Below the pieces are notes generated by a model that worked only from the letters and a program-made list of their open reading frames with translations, was not told where the DNA came from and made no database searches. From Phoronis australis (Eukaryota > Animalia > Phoronida), in NCBI GenBank assembly GCA_002633005.1, contig NMRA01000050.1:984637-1048636 (forward strand): a stretch of 64,000 nt of DNA. The letters are read 5' to 3'. A program made the position numbers and the translations under genes. Positions 13,320 to 25,639 of this stretch are shown here, piece after piece; position 1 is the first letter of the stretch; the number at the start of each line of letters is the position of its first letter.

Positions 13320-16300
13320 TGTGTGTGTGTGTGTACGTGTGTGTGTACGTGTGTGTGTNCAAATATTCTTCGATCGGATCTCAAAAACGCTGTTGGAGTT
13401 TTCTTGAATATCGTTTCGTTTCCGTTGAAAGTCCTATTTTTGATAGATCTTCATGCAAAAGTGGAAATTTTAAAAAACAATTCCTAGCATTTTTTGGATA
13501 ATGGTTCATAAACGATGGTATCTGAACGTTTCGTACGAATGTGTTCAGCCATTTCTGATGTTCCAGAGTTTGCCAAATTTGGGCATTTTTTATGAGTCCT
13601 ACCCTGGCATAACCTCAAGCTAGTAATTAAACGTTATGGGATATGCGATTTGAACCACTGTTAGATTTTTTGCTTAGTACCTTGAACGAAATTGTGATCG
13701 TATTTCAGTGTGTAATGCGTCTAAGCTGGCGGGTGGCAAGTTCCTGCCTTGGGAGTATCGCGATAACGACGGTCTTATCCTACCCTATTCTCCACGTCAC
13801 GTGTTTGTTCACGACGGTATCCTTCCACCGGACAGCGGACCTGTTGAGGCGGAGGAGGTTGATGCTATAATGAAATCGTGCTACTGTGAACAGGATAAAG
13901 GCAAAGGTGAATTAAATCTGTTTTGACTTTTGATGTAGGCCTACTGCAACTATGTAGGAACAGAAGGAGATTAGAAATACAACAAAAGACTGGTAAATTC
14001 GTTAATCGTCTAAGAATCTGATGTGCCGCCACCTGTATCTGTTTTTACAGGTTTGCTTAATAAAAGCATGATTGATTGTGGTCTTTATGAGAAATGATAT
14101 GCTACATTTTTCGATGTACATTATTTCAAAAGTCACCTGATATAAACTGAAGTGGCACTGGGTTATTTTACCGAGCTTCATCGTTGGCTGTACGTCGACA
14201 CGGGGTGTGCTTGTGTGTGCGGGTGTATTTTCGTGTTGGTTCGCGTGTGCTAGGGGAGATGCTTACCGCGAGTCAAATCGCACCACTTGCCTTAATCAAC
14301 TAACACATAGAAATGTTAACTGTCCACAGTTTGTCATGCCACTGCATGTATGTTACAAAAATACCTTAGGTACGTTTGTATAGTCCAAGGTGATGACATC
14401 CGGCGCTTTTCCTGATCCAGTTATGCTAATATTTGAATATTTGGTCTAACATGAAAAAATGTATTTCGACCTCTGAGGTAGTCTGGAGTGTCAAATGTCT
14501 TGGATGTGGCTATGGGTTTCATGTTTCAGCAATTTCCGTTTATGTCTCATGTTTTACTGTTTAGGACGTCTTAGGTTTGGACGGAAGACTGCGAGAGCGA
14601 AGCCCAGCCACACTTACACTCGACTTGGAGAACCATACAGGTAGATGTTGATTCTTAGTCGACTGCGTATCTTGGAAAGAACTCCGCGCAATGTCACCAT
14701 TCTCATGTAGGGATCGAGTGAAAAGAATTTAAGACATGTGTTACGGAATTCGAAAATATCGTTGCTTTAGTCACTCATACGTCTGGAATTACGGGAGCAC
14801 ACTTTTATTCGCAAATCAAACTGGAGATAACAGGCTTGCTTATTTGGTCTATCAATGAATGTTACCTGACTTATCACAATATCTAAAGTCCAAATACATA
14901 CACACTCTCGCTAGCTGTATCGCTCCTGGTGCTAGCTTCACTTACGTCATCACAGGCAAACTTGTCACCTGTGGTAAATTTCAGTGGCGTAAGTCTCGGT
15001 TTAGACTCTGTGTGATAGCAACGTAAAGTGCGACATTTTAGTGAAACAAAAACATCTAAAATTCCCGGATGGGAATTTTAACAGTAAAAGCATTCTGGGA
15101 CTGTTTTTGAAACCACGGTGTGCACGAGTGTCCACTGTTGAAGGCGTACATGTAGGCCTATGGCTGAAATTCAAACACGGCGAATATTCCAAGAACTGGA
15201 ATATAAAGAAGTGGAAACCTACCAAGAAAGTCTAAATGAATAGTAAATATTATACATCACATAATTTTAAAATTTTCCCGTCTTATTTAGGAAGGTTAAA
15301 GTTATGACTGATATCCCCTGTGAGGATCCTCCTTTGCATTATCTGGCACCCGGCCTCCTACCCGTTCTCACTAAACCTTACGAAACCTTAACAACATGTG
15401 TAAATAAGCTTCAGGAAGGCCGGTAAGGAGCATGTGCATTACATTTAGTTGGGGTTTTAGACAATTGTTATAATGTCTTCAGTTCGAAATCTAATTGATT
15501 TACGTCTCTAACTTGTGCATTAGACCTGTGGCCTGTTTCATGAAATTGACTTGAACCGTTCTTTCATTAGATGGTTGCACCTTTTGAAGTTTAAGACCAT
15601 GAATAACAATTTCATAACATAAGAAGAATTTTATAAATTTAAGAGAAAAATAAACGGTTTCTGCGACCGGTCGAAACGCAGTTTTTCAACACCAGCTGAG
15701 CACAATGTTGCTCCTGAACTGATCCCTCGCTCCACCGTTTTCTGCCATACACGTGTCCGACGAACGAACCTGTGAAATTTCTGGGCGATATTATACGGTT
15801 TTTTAGAAAGACAAAAACTAAAATATTGTCCGTCGGATACTATAGCTGCATCCTCCGAACAATCACCTTTTTCATAATACTCGTCTCAGACAATTTTTCA
15901 ACTCTTTTGGAGACCACTCCGGCTCACGGCTGGTGTAGAACAACACAAGAGCGAAGACCGGTCTTCCACCGATGACGTCACACAAAATTTTCATTAACTT
16001 TTTAAAGTTAATTTAAAATCTTTTACGTTTATTTCTTGACTACAAGTACACAAGTTGCAAAAAATGCTTAAATTATCGTACCAATTGTTGATATGAGAAT
16101 TCAAGCATTTATGACTATGGTGCTAGTTACTTATGAAACACCAAAGGGTTCGTGAACGAGTGCCTTTCTGGGGATACAAATGTGCTTAATCTAAGGGTAC
16201 TTTTGTTTTATATACGAAGGTCGTTTATTAAGTTCTCGGTCTCACCAGGTTAATTTTTTTCACACCACAGTAAAATTTCATTTTTATAATAGTGCTGCGG

Positions 16301-19300
16301 TCATGCTGAAGTAGTACGGTCAACTGCCGTTAGGTGACGTTGCTTTAAAAAAGCAGACGACAACACGTTTAGCAGCATGGAGATAACGGAGACGAGAACG
16401 TCATGAAGTATTTGGATAAAAAAGGCATGAAACCAAAAGATATTCATGAAGAGATTCGAAAAACATTCGGAACAGACTCCCCTCCCTAGCTACTCCACTG
16501 TAAAAAAGTGGTCAGCTTGTTTCAAGAGGGGTAGATAACAGAAGCGGATCCAGGATTTCGAGTTAGGGGAGGACCAGGGCACAGGAATAACCAGAAATTC
16601 GGTAGATGCGCGCGTCCAACCTAAAATGTAGGGATACAGGGGTCTCTAATTTTTGGGTTTGCGGACGACTAAAAAAACGGTAAACGTGGTTTGTTCAGGT
16701 CCTATGAATTTTTAACTACCCCCCGAGCCCNCCCCTACCTAAATCCGCCACTGGATAAAGCGTTGAAGATGACCCTCGTACAGGACGTCCCAAATCATCG
16801 AGCTCCAGTGAAAATGTGCAGAAAATTCATGCAATGGTTATGAAAGACAGTAGAATGACTGTTCAACATTTGGCAAACACTGTTGTCATCAGCAATGGGT
16901 CCGTCTCTAAAATTTTGAGTGAAGATTTGGGCATGAGTAAGGTGAGTGCACGATGGGTGCCAAGAATGTTCACTCAGGATCAGAAAATGAGCAGAATGCA
17001 AATTTCAAAGGAACTTCTAGGAAGATTCCAAGCAGATCCAGGCAAATTTTCCAGAAGAATTGTAACCCAGTATGAGACATGGATCCACTATTTTGACCCG
17101 AAATCAAAACAACAAAGTAAACTATGGAAGCACGTGCGTTCTCCAAGCCCGAGAAAGTTCAAGTTGTGTGACTCTGCGAGCAAAGTTATGGCCTCTGTGT
17201 TCTGGGACAGCGAAGGCATTCTGATGATCGACTACTTGCAACGAGGACACACTGCTACTGGGAATTACTATGCATCACTTTTGAAAAATCTCAAAAAAGC
17301 AACCAAGGAAAAGAGACGCGGGAAGTTTCGGGATGGAGTGCTGTTGCTTCAAGACAACGCACCTGCCCATACTGCCCAAGTTGCGGTGGCTGAAGCAACT
17401 ACGTGTGGCTTTGAAACATTTCCGCACCCCGCTTATTCTCCAGACCTGGCCTCGTGGACGCCAGTATGTGAGCGATGATGACGTCATGAGTGCATTGGAG
17501 GAGTATTTTGAGAGGCTCGACAAAAGTTTCTTTTACGAAGGCATTGCAAAACTGGAGCACAGATGGAAGAAATGCATTGGTGTAACGAGAGATTATATTG
17601 AAAAATAAAAGTCAAAATTAGTTGTTATCGCGTTGTTTTCTGGGTGAGGCCGAGAGCTTATTGAACGACTGTCGTGCGTCCAATTTTAGTGCACAAACGA
17701 TCTGTTTTTTATATACGCGTACTTTTGCTTAATCAACGCGTACTGTTTATCAGTCCATCAGTACTGCCACGCCCGTATTTTCGAACCTGAAAATGGCGGA
17801 AGGCTTTCTGCATCGGTTGAAGGCAACTTTTGAAGAATGTTGCAGATTCTTCTCAAGCGACTACTTGAATGATGGCACCATTAACTTCGTTGATTAAGAG
17901 CAGAACCATGATCGTTTAAGAATTAAAAATACGCTTAGATTAAGCAAAAAGTACGCAATGATTGAGCACATTTCTGCGCTCAGAAAGGCACTCGTTTATG
18001 AACCCTTTGGCGGTTCATGTTAAGAATTAAAAATACGCATAGATCAAGCAAGAGTATGCATAGATAAAGCAAAAGTACGCATAGAATAAGCAAAAATACG
18101 CGTAGATTAAGCACATGTCTAAGCGCAGAAAAGTATCCTTTGGCGCTTCATACATGCAGTTACTGAGATGACTAATATCAACTATTTCTAGACGGTGATG
18201 CAGTCGTACATGTAAGTGCTTGGCTAAGCCTTTGTCAGTAACTGAAGTGTGATCGTAAGACCACGGCCAACAAAGCTCAGTCATAAGCCTTGTGTTACTT
18301 TTTTAAAAAAAGGCCTCAAATGAGTGAACGATCCCAGGGTTACTGAGCACTTGGGGCTTACCAGAGGCCGTAGAACATTATCTACGAAAAGAAATTATCG
18401 AGGGAATCCTGCAGAAAATCGAGTACCTTTGTCACAAGCGTACATTCACAGGATGTTAGAACCGTTCGGAGAGTGCTATGCGTGAGCGGTGTCTGCGTCT
18501 TGCTCTGCTTCAACTACCGTGGGGCATAGTACTTACATGTAAGGTTCTGTGATGAAAATTGTTGCCGTGAGCATGTGGTTAGCGCGGAGCAGTGTTCTGT
18601 TCATTAGTAAACCCGACATGCTGGTGAGTGATTTGTAGCACTTCATTGCTACTCTTGGACCAATTGAAAGTTATTTCTACTCTTTAAACTTGACTTGTGT
18701 GCTGGTGACGATGCATGTTGTGTGTTGTATGGATAGTAATCACATGGAGTGTTTTCTCGTGTAGAGACTGCAACAAAGAGTGTTTGGAGACACTTCGCCA
18801 AGCGAATGAATCTTTTGTAAAACTCGTGCGATCCTGTCTCCCTACGGTTCTGAATGGTGTCACAAAAGCTATACTGAGTGAGGACGACATCACAAGCTGT
18901 CTTGCCATGGTGACACTGGGTGAACTGTGCCAGAGACATCCTATTTCACTGAAAGACAGGGTGAATTTTGATAACATTATTGGACTTATTGGATTGTCAT
19001 TGTACAAAAAAGCTGAAACGTGGGAAATTTTAGTTAATGGAAACATGCGAAAAAATCGTAGGCTCAACTTCTGGTTCAATACTTCAGCGCTGGTGTTCTG
19101 GTGGCGGTGGTGATTTTACATTTTCAAAAAGATTTTAACAACCAGCATAAGACCATTATTAATGCTATTATGAACCGTCGAAAAGTAGCCTTTGACATCG
19201 ACATCTTGCCTTTATAACGCTAAGACATCGCTAAAAAGCGAGACTTTGCGAGATTACGCGAGATATTGCCGTGAATTTCGAATAAGACCGTGTGATTTTG

Positions 19301-21594
19301 GTTAGACTTTAGAAAGGTCCTAGCGTAGGTCCTAGCGCTACTAGTCTCATCTAATTCTTGAGAACTACAGTGCCCTTGAATTAAAAGTTAGTTTTCAGCT
19401 GAAAGAGTCGTTAAGATGGTTTACCCGGCTATTCATGAAACAACACCACGTTCGCTGCTATCGTGAGCATGGACTGTGTCTTCTTCGCCTGAGCACATGT
19501 AACATGTGCGCACCTAGCCTAAAAATGGGGGGTTCGTATTTTTGAGAATGCGGACCTTTTAATAAGATTTACGGTGAACGTTAACAACTACATGTATGAA
19601 TTGCGCATTCACCGAATTTTTGTAGTTCCTGCTGTTTTCAGTGGACTGGGTGCACGCATGATTTTGACCATCTAATTGCGAGTTTGGTCCCCCATTTAGT
19701 GGCGGATATACAGGGACATTCATAAATAGCCTCATTGGCAAAATCTTTTGCTTTCTGAAGTTTTTGGCCAACACTGCATTTTCGATAAAATCAAAGAGTA
19801 TTCCTATGCACGACTCCTGCCTATACAGCAGTGCTTAACCTGAACATTTTATATTTGTAGGATGTTGTCAGAATGTTTTCAATTTTGTTCGCGAAATTAG
19901 CTTCCACCAAACGCATGGTTCAACTGCACGTCAAAGAGACACTGTTGACATTGGCCAGCAAGGTGGAACCTGACCTTTTGGTCAACGTACTCGTGAAAAA
20001 CGGAGTTACGTTAGTATTCTTTGGGAGTTAATTAAGCAATTCTCTTCTGGAATCATGGATTGGCAGCATGTATACAAATGAACGTGTCGTAGTGGTTGAA
20101 CAACAGCAAACAAATTTGGCAAGATGAAGTACTCTTTATACTTGCATTGTGGTCCTCCCAAAGACTTTTCCTTAGGACTGTTGCGTGCTCTCGTTTACTA
20201 TTATCTCCACAATAGTGGAAGCTTGTTGTCGGTGTTTTACGAGGAGGTGTATAAAACCGAAATGCATAAAATCGGCACACATACGTGTACATCATGTACC
20301 TATGACAGGTCCTATTAACTTCAACACATTCCATTCATATTATTTCAGACATCGTAACTCTGCCGTGAGATGCACGGCGTCTAAGCTGCTATACGACGCC
20401 ACTGCAAGGTGTGGGGGAGACAAGGTCCTTCAATGTTATCACCTTGTTAGGCTTATTTTTTTCACTGTCTTGAAAAATCTTGAAGACGACCAAAAAGAAA
20501 TCAGGTACAAATATAGAGTGCTTTGTTTATACTGCATCATACGTGTATAAAGTCCTGGTGCTCAGATTTTTTGACAAGGTCGACGTTATCTTCACTCACG
20601 GTCCGCATGGAAGTTTTCATTCAATATTTCCCAGGACTCGCAATTTGGTTCTTGGGACAAATTTCTTCTCTCATGAAATAGTTGTTTTCACTCTGACTGG
20701 AGACATGAGTAAGCAGGCGGTGTGTTCAATGTAGCGGTGGCATTGTGTTGATCTTATGTTTTAACTGCATGGGGCACACTGTTGTCCTTCAGGTTCGTGC
20801 ACTGTAAAAGCAGAATTTCAAAGGAGTACGTTCGTTCAATGTAACAGAACTTTAAAGGAAATTGGCCTTACACTGTAGCAGTGTGTGTGTTCGTAAACTG
20901 TAACAAGAGACTTGCTAAAAACTTTTTCAAGAGAAAAGAATTTGGTTAATGAAAAGACGATTTTTCTTTTAAGAGTATCTTGGATACTGACAACGTTTAT
21001 GGAGCTTGGATGGGCAAGCCTAATTAAATAATCATGCCATGTAGATGAATACAAGTGATGCAATGTAGGCGAGCATTTTCTTAAAGCCACCCAGACTCTT
21101 GCACTTTACGTGATGTTTAGACAAGCACTAGCACACAATTTGGCTTGGCAAGACCTGTCATTTGACTCAAAGGAGTCCTGTTGCACTGTATTTTCGCACT
21201 TTTTGTACATTGGTTTTCGCGCTGTTCCCGACAGAAATGGCCTGACGGCAATGGCAAAGCGGCATATGCAATCGTTCCCGGTAGAAGCTACATGTATTCC
21301 ACTAAGTGATCTTCCCTTTTTCAGTATTTTGCTTTTAATAACTAATCTATCACGTCAAATGTCTTAAATGGCAAAGAGGCTAGTCTTGAAGGTGGCCTTT
21401 ACCGCAAATTTTCCAGGCTCTGGATATTTTACAGAAATGCTGGACGACGTATGTTAGCGTTTCTCATACACCAAAAGAACGGCCTAAAGAACCTTCATCT
21501 GTTCTGTCCCGGGGAGAAACTCGACTGTGTCCTTGCAGCAATGGGAGAGAACGAAAGATGTGGCGTCCCTGTAAGTGACGACTCTTGCAGATAA
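10388..21594 (+). CDS. FAM179/TOGARAM (crescerin)-like protein with a single divergent TOG (CLASP_N-type HEAT repeat) domain
   Basis: Exons 10388-10577, 13709-13906, 14565-14640, 15291-15422, 18765-18960, 19861-20009, 20349-20504 and 21435-21570 splice in frame (411 codons, all GT-AG). TOG hallmarks: LAMVTLGEL, LFAKL, G-V-T-HRNSAVR, D-D-Q-K-E-I-R-N-A-G-R-R-M-L. The 3' end is uncertain: reading through the GTAAGT at 21571 stops at TAA 21592-21594, otherwise there is a further exon. Confidence 0.8.
11420..13125 (+). mobile_element. Degraded 5'-truncated non-LTR retrotransposon (RTE-X-like) in intron 1 of the TOG gene
   Basis: Frameshifted RT remnants (KAAFDSI, GLKHG..LSP, FVDDLV, KYLGLVFS, YGCEVW) and a C-terminal IEKGRH..IENEYH-like zinc-knuckle region. 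The clade assignment is tentative. Confidence 0.7.
12721..12910. repeat. 32-bp minisatellite (~6 copies) amplified from LINE 3' coding sequence
   Basis: Tandem TGTATTGAATATTCCCACTATGACCTGAGGAG directly after the ENEYH motif of the LINE. Confidence 0.9.
13140..13358. repeat. Compound microsatellite (CATA/CCTA/GT) ending at an N
   Basis: Directly visible; assembly N at 13359. Confidence 0.9.
16215..17674 (+). mobile_element. Full-length but dead mariner (DD34D) transposon
   Basis: ~35-bp imperfect TIRs (CGAAGGTCGTTTATTAAGTTCTCGGTCTCACCAG and its inverse at 17640-17674), TA on the left and TG on the right. Transposase ~16377-17608 has WVPR, DNAPAH and YSPDLA. The first catalytic Asp is mutated (TQYETW), the segment carrying the third Asp is deleted, and there are frameshifts and a MITE insertion. 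Confidence 0.93.
16539..16753. mobile_element. 215-bp MITE with CAG..CTG ends and 5-bp TSD (GATAA), inserted in the mariner transposase
   Basis: TIR CAGAAGCGGAT / ATCCGCCACTG; GATAA at 16534-16538 and 16754-16758. Removing it restores the KRGR.SVEDDPRTGRP motif. Confidence 0.85.
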
Positions 21595-23570
21595 TTTTAC
21601 TTGTGGTTCTGAGGAAACATACTGTAATAACAGCACTCAAAGCCACACAATTATGGCTTGGAAAGACTGAGCCATACATCATATTTGAACACAAATAGGA
21701 CCCACAAATTACGGGTTTTTCAGTTACCAGTTGCTTTCTCCTCTCAGTGGTTCATGAAACTCGACTGAAGTTGGAAATAAATGACAATCCACACATACAC
21801 TCACCAGTCATGTTGATCTCTTTTCGCCAATTGTTACCTTATACTATAATTCGTTAACAGAACTCTACCAGGAACCGCTCGTCTCGCCAACCATTTTTGT
21901 TTCTCATCTGACTGAAGATTCCACATGGACTTGTGGAGAACTGCAAGTTGTAATGTTTTAAAACCTCCAACCGTTTTGTACGAAAGCCATGGCCCCATGC
22001 CCACTCCCCCATAAATCCGCTACTGCTTGCTACAAGTGTTAAGGTCAGAATGATTGGGAGTCTGTCTGACAAGGATGTATTTTTTGCAGATGTTGCCAAA
22101 AACTAACTTTTGTTTGAAACCATTAAAAGCCGTTCGCGTGGTCCGTGTTAGTTAATGTCTAGACGGCGATGCAATAACTTCGAGTGACAGTGTACAGAGG
22201 AAATAGCGCCTTTGTTTTTAGCAGTGAAGGAAGAGAGAAACGATGAAGGATGACAGAGAACGTTGAAAAGTAAAGACAGCTGAAATTACATTCAGTCAGT
22301 GTGTTTGTAAATTACATATTGTTTTGAATTCTCATAACTTGAAAAATACAAGAACGTTGTAGATTCAGGATCATACTGGGATTCGTTCGGTGAGTTTAGC
22401 TAAACTAAATCTAAACGACTTGGTTCAACGCAGCTTTAAATTTGCATTTTAATCTTTGCCTATTAAAAAACTTGCAAAATATAGTGAGGATCATCTAATT
22501 AGTTTTCCGTTACAAAGCAATCACATAAGCATCCTTGACAAAGTGAAATTCACAGGTTGCTAATCAACAAACTCTATTGCGGAATTATTGATCGACATCT
22601 TTTGAAAGTAGATCTATCTCGTTGCACCATGTCAGTTTTATGTTTTAAAGGAGTGTGCCACCCAAAAAACAGCCTATTTTGTATCAATTTAGATCGAGTA
22701 GTTCTACTCGATAACGGCACGTTCGGTTGCGTTACCTGACACCTGACGGCAGACAGATGTGTTGAAATTATCCAATGGCGTCATTGGTTTTACACGAATT
22801 CTGTTCAGCAGTTCACAACACGGGTTGGTGTTAGGTTATCGCTTGTATTCATCCTTTAACACAGGTAAATCATTGGTATTTGGACACACCTTAGCCCAGA
22901 AAGTTCGGCAGGCCAATTTACCAAGGTTGGAGTTTGGGGTCTGTAATTCGGAGATAAATTCGAAGTATTCTTTTGTGAAATACAGACAGGAGAACCTAGA
23001 TCTGAGTTCTAAACAAATAAAACGCTTGTTATCCCGGCCAGTGGCTCGGAACCCGATCAGGCCCGTCGCGGCCGCACTGAAGACATCACGAACATAAACC
23101 AGCCAAAGTTGGAAACTAAACTTCCAATCAAGAAAATACTATACTAGTGAGCCAAAGAAGTAGTGTGCACGTGATTATTTTGGTGGATTAGCCACGAAAC
23201 TGCAAATGTACTTACTCGTCGGGGGCCGCGAATTCAGGTTCCCCTTTGGCCACAACCGTCGGGGCAGAAGTTGCACATTGACAATCATTATTTGAATAAT
23301 GTTTATGTAAATAAAGATTCCCCTAACACCTGGCTGTGTGATAGAAAATCGAGTTATGGTTTCAAAACAGTTTCTGTCAGCAAACACTGAATTAGCATGC
23401 GCTCACACGGCCTCTGTGGCGGATCAATAAGTTTTACTGCACCTAAAGCCACTAACGCAGTGATTTATTCATTGCTGGCTTCTCAAATCCTTTGCACTCA
23501 CGAACACTCCAAAGGCATCACAAATTAGATCTAATGAGACAGACTTTTTTGTTTCAGTTTCATATTAGTA

Positions 23571-23790
23571 TTGGCTAGGGTGAGAATAATTCATTTTGAT
23601 GAAGACTTCCCAGGTAGATCGTTAGGTTTCTCAGAATATCAGTTCCAACCAGAATACACTGATCAAGAAATATTAGAGAGGCGCCGTGAACGTGCACAGA
23701 CATTGGAGCATACGGATAATTCCAAAAACCGTCTCAATGACTTGTCATGGTGTCAGTGCGCTAACTGCACCATAATGGAAACGACTGATC
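23571..23790 (+). pseudogene. Truncated Kolobok accessory protein (KolX / P2X7-ballast / nanor-like Cys-rich domain), N-terminal fragment
   Basis: YQFQPEY...RLNDLSWCQCANCTIMET matches the Y-x-F-E-P ... R-L-x4-W-C-x-C-x2-C-x2-M-x-T pattern. It is cut before the following CC motif, and the start codon is degenerate (TTG). Confidence 0.7.
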
Positions 23791-23806
23791 CACGTTTCTT
23801 TGTCTC

Positions 23807-24118
23807 CTACCTGCCGAACGCAAACACACTAGGCACAGAATCTGACTTCAGCTTCGGTCGCTTTTTCTGCCCTGGCATGAGCTGTTTGGCAAGCCGGGAT
23901 TCGTCAGTGCGGGAATCACTGTCCACGAAATGACGGCTACAGACACGCCGGAGATGTTTCAGGGCCTCGTAATTGGTATGAACGCCGTACTTTTCATTTT
24001 TCACTGCCGCGAGCCACTTTCGAAGCATTTCGGGCTCTCGAGGAAATCGAAATACCGATGTACCCGCTTTCCTCGCAGCTTCATATTTCGCACACGCGGG
24101 AACGACACACCACACCAT
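23807..24118 (-). pseudogene. THAP zinc-finger N-terminus of the Kolobok transposase (catalytic domain deleted)
   Basis: MVWCVVPAC...FRFPRE...RKWLAAV...VCSRHF...LKSDSVPSVF shows the complete C2CH signature, the conserved P, W, F, P residues and an AVPTIF-like box. Confidence 0.88.
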
Positions 24119-25019
24119 GGCGGCACTCACTCTGCAGATGAACCACTGACGTCGCTGCGGAGTTTCTCACCTTCTTCACAGGTTAACGCGACTCCTCTCC
24201 GGAAGATGTTGCCTCAGACCGATTAAGACGATAAAAAGACTAATTTAATCGGGTGGCATTGTCCTTTAAAGGCTTTACTTATATTTCCTGGTTTACTTGT
24301 TTTCTTACGTAAGTAAATGTTTTGTTTTCCTTGTGGATTTTGTGTACAGTTTAAATTTTTCTTTGATTTGTTCTTTATATGTCCCTCGTGTTTTCTATGA
24401 AATAAAGACAGTCAGGAGTTTACTTACTTTAAGCTCAAACAACGTTACTTTATATTGTGGAATTTGACCTCAGTTCTGACCCAATTCAAAGATGACGATT
24501 GCCCGCTGCATTTCATCAAATCGTAACATGGTTATGCTGTTAGGATTGTGAATTAAGTTTAGTTGATTTCAGTTATCTAAGACAAGAGGTTTCTTTGCTA
24601 ATTTCTAATTTATTGTTTGAATGGGGGTAAATTCACGTGCCAAAGTAAAATCGGAATCTCTAAAATAATCCAGAAGTTTCATAAATTTATAAGTTTTGGA
24701 AAACGACGTTATGTGGATACATACCTACTGGTATCTGTCTTACCTCACACGGATTAAACCAATTTAGGAAACCGTTTTGATGTCTTTATTTCCTTCCAAC
24801 ACGACCAAATACTTCCGTAATCAAACTTTTTTTCGAACAGCTCTTCGTTCAGTTGCTGAAATGGCAACTCGCGTATCCTCTGGCGTGAGCAGTGTAAAAA
24901 TGGCCAGTTGCCAACTTGGAAAATTGGAAGAAGGACTGTTTTAAAAAGTTTGATTACAGGAGCATTTGTTAGAGTTGGTACTTCGTCAATAGGTTTTTAC
25001 ATCTAAGGTGGCAGAGAGA

Positions 25020-25215
25020 CCCCGTTGGTATCCGAAATTTTGATCTCGCTCCTTTTTTGCAGAGAAGGGCAAAGACCGCTTTAGCGATGACTTCAAGGCA
25101 ATAAAATTGGCTGAAATAAATCAAACTATTGTGTACTAAAACGGGTGATTTTTCAATCAAAGTGGCTTCCAAAATTCTCCGTCAAAAATTCTGTTGCATT
25201 CGTTTTTTCCCAAAG
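25020..25215 (+). repeat. Interspersed repeat segment A (second copy at ~62895-63080)
   Basis: ACCCGTTGGTATCCGAAATTTTGATCTCGCTC...TTAGCGATGACTTCAAG.CAATAAAA...CTGAAATAAATCAAACTAT is shared by both loci. Confidence 0.85.
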
Positions 25216-25639
25216 AGTGGAGTCTTAACTGTACGTGGTACGAAGTGAGTGAATGAATGAATCTTTATTTTAAGTATTGCTCCCTAAGAATGACGGCATT
25301 GCACTGAAAAAAGTAGGGCTAAAGCCCCCCAACCCCCCTGTAGTGTACCGCGTATAGACCATGGACGGCGTAGAACTGAAAATGTGGGGCTATAGCCCCC
25401 GAGCCTCCTATGGTGCGCCTCCCATGAAGATGCACCCAGCGTCGACGAGGCTTACAATATTGTAGCAATTAAACAAATTAATTATTAACAACATGGAGGA
25501 ACATGAAAAAATCTGTGTGTGTACATCACTTTAGCAATTGAACAATAATTGATTAATCACAGCATTGAAACATGGAAGGAGTTGTGAGACATGCCACTCA
25601 AATAACAGCACAACAACAGGAGATACGAAACAGCAGAGT

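Larger units (their letters stand above)
16132..18018. mobile_element. Non-autonomous TIR element (TATGAA termini, ~80-bp imperfect TIR, 21-bp subterminal repeats) that hosts the mariner
   Basis: 16132-16210 (ATGAAACACCAAAGGGTTCGTGAACGAGTGCCTTTCTG...) is the inverted match of 17941-18018. Further right-end copies lie at 18027-18152 and ~27150-27267. Superfamily not assigned. Confidence 0.7.
22649..24265. mobile_element. Internally deleted Kolobok DNA transposon
   Basis: TTAA TSD at 22645-22648 and 24266-24269; TIR AGGAGTGTGCCACCC / GGGTGGCATTGTCCT; convergent KolX-like (+) and THAP (-) N-terminal fragments; no DDE core. Confidence 0.88.

Noticed and set aside
18312-18630. Extra TOG-gene exon (protein-like stretch LPEAVEHYLRKEIIEGILQKIEY)
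   Set aside because: Stops in every frame, and exon 15422 splices in phase directly to 18765 with continuous TOG similarity.
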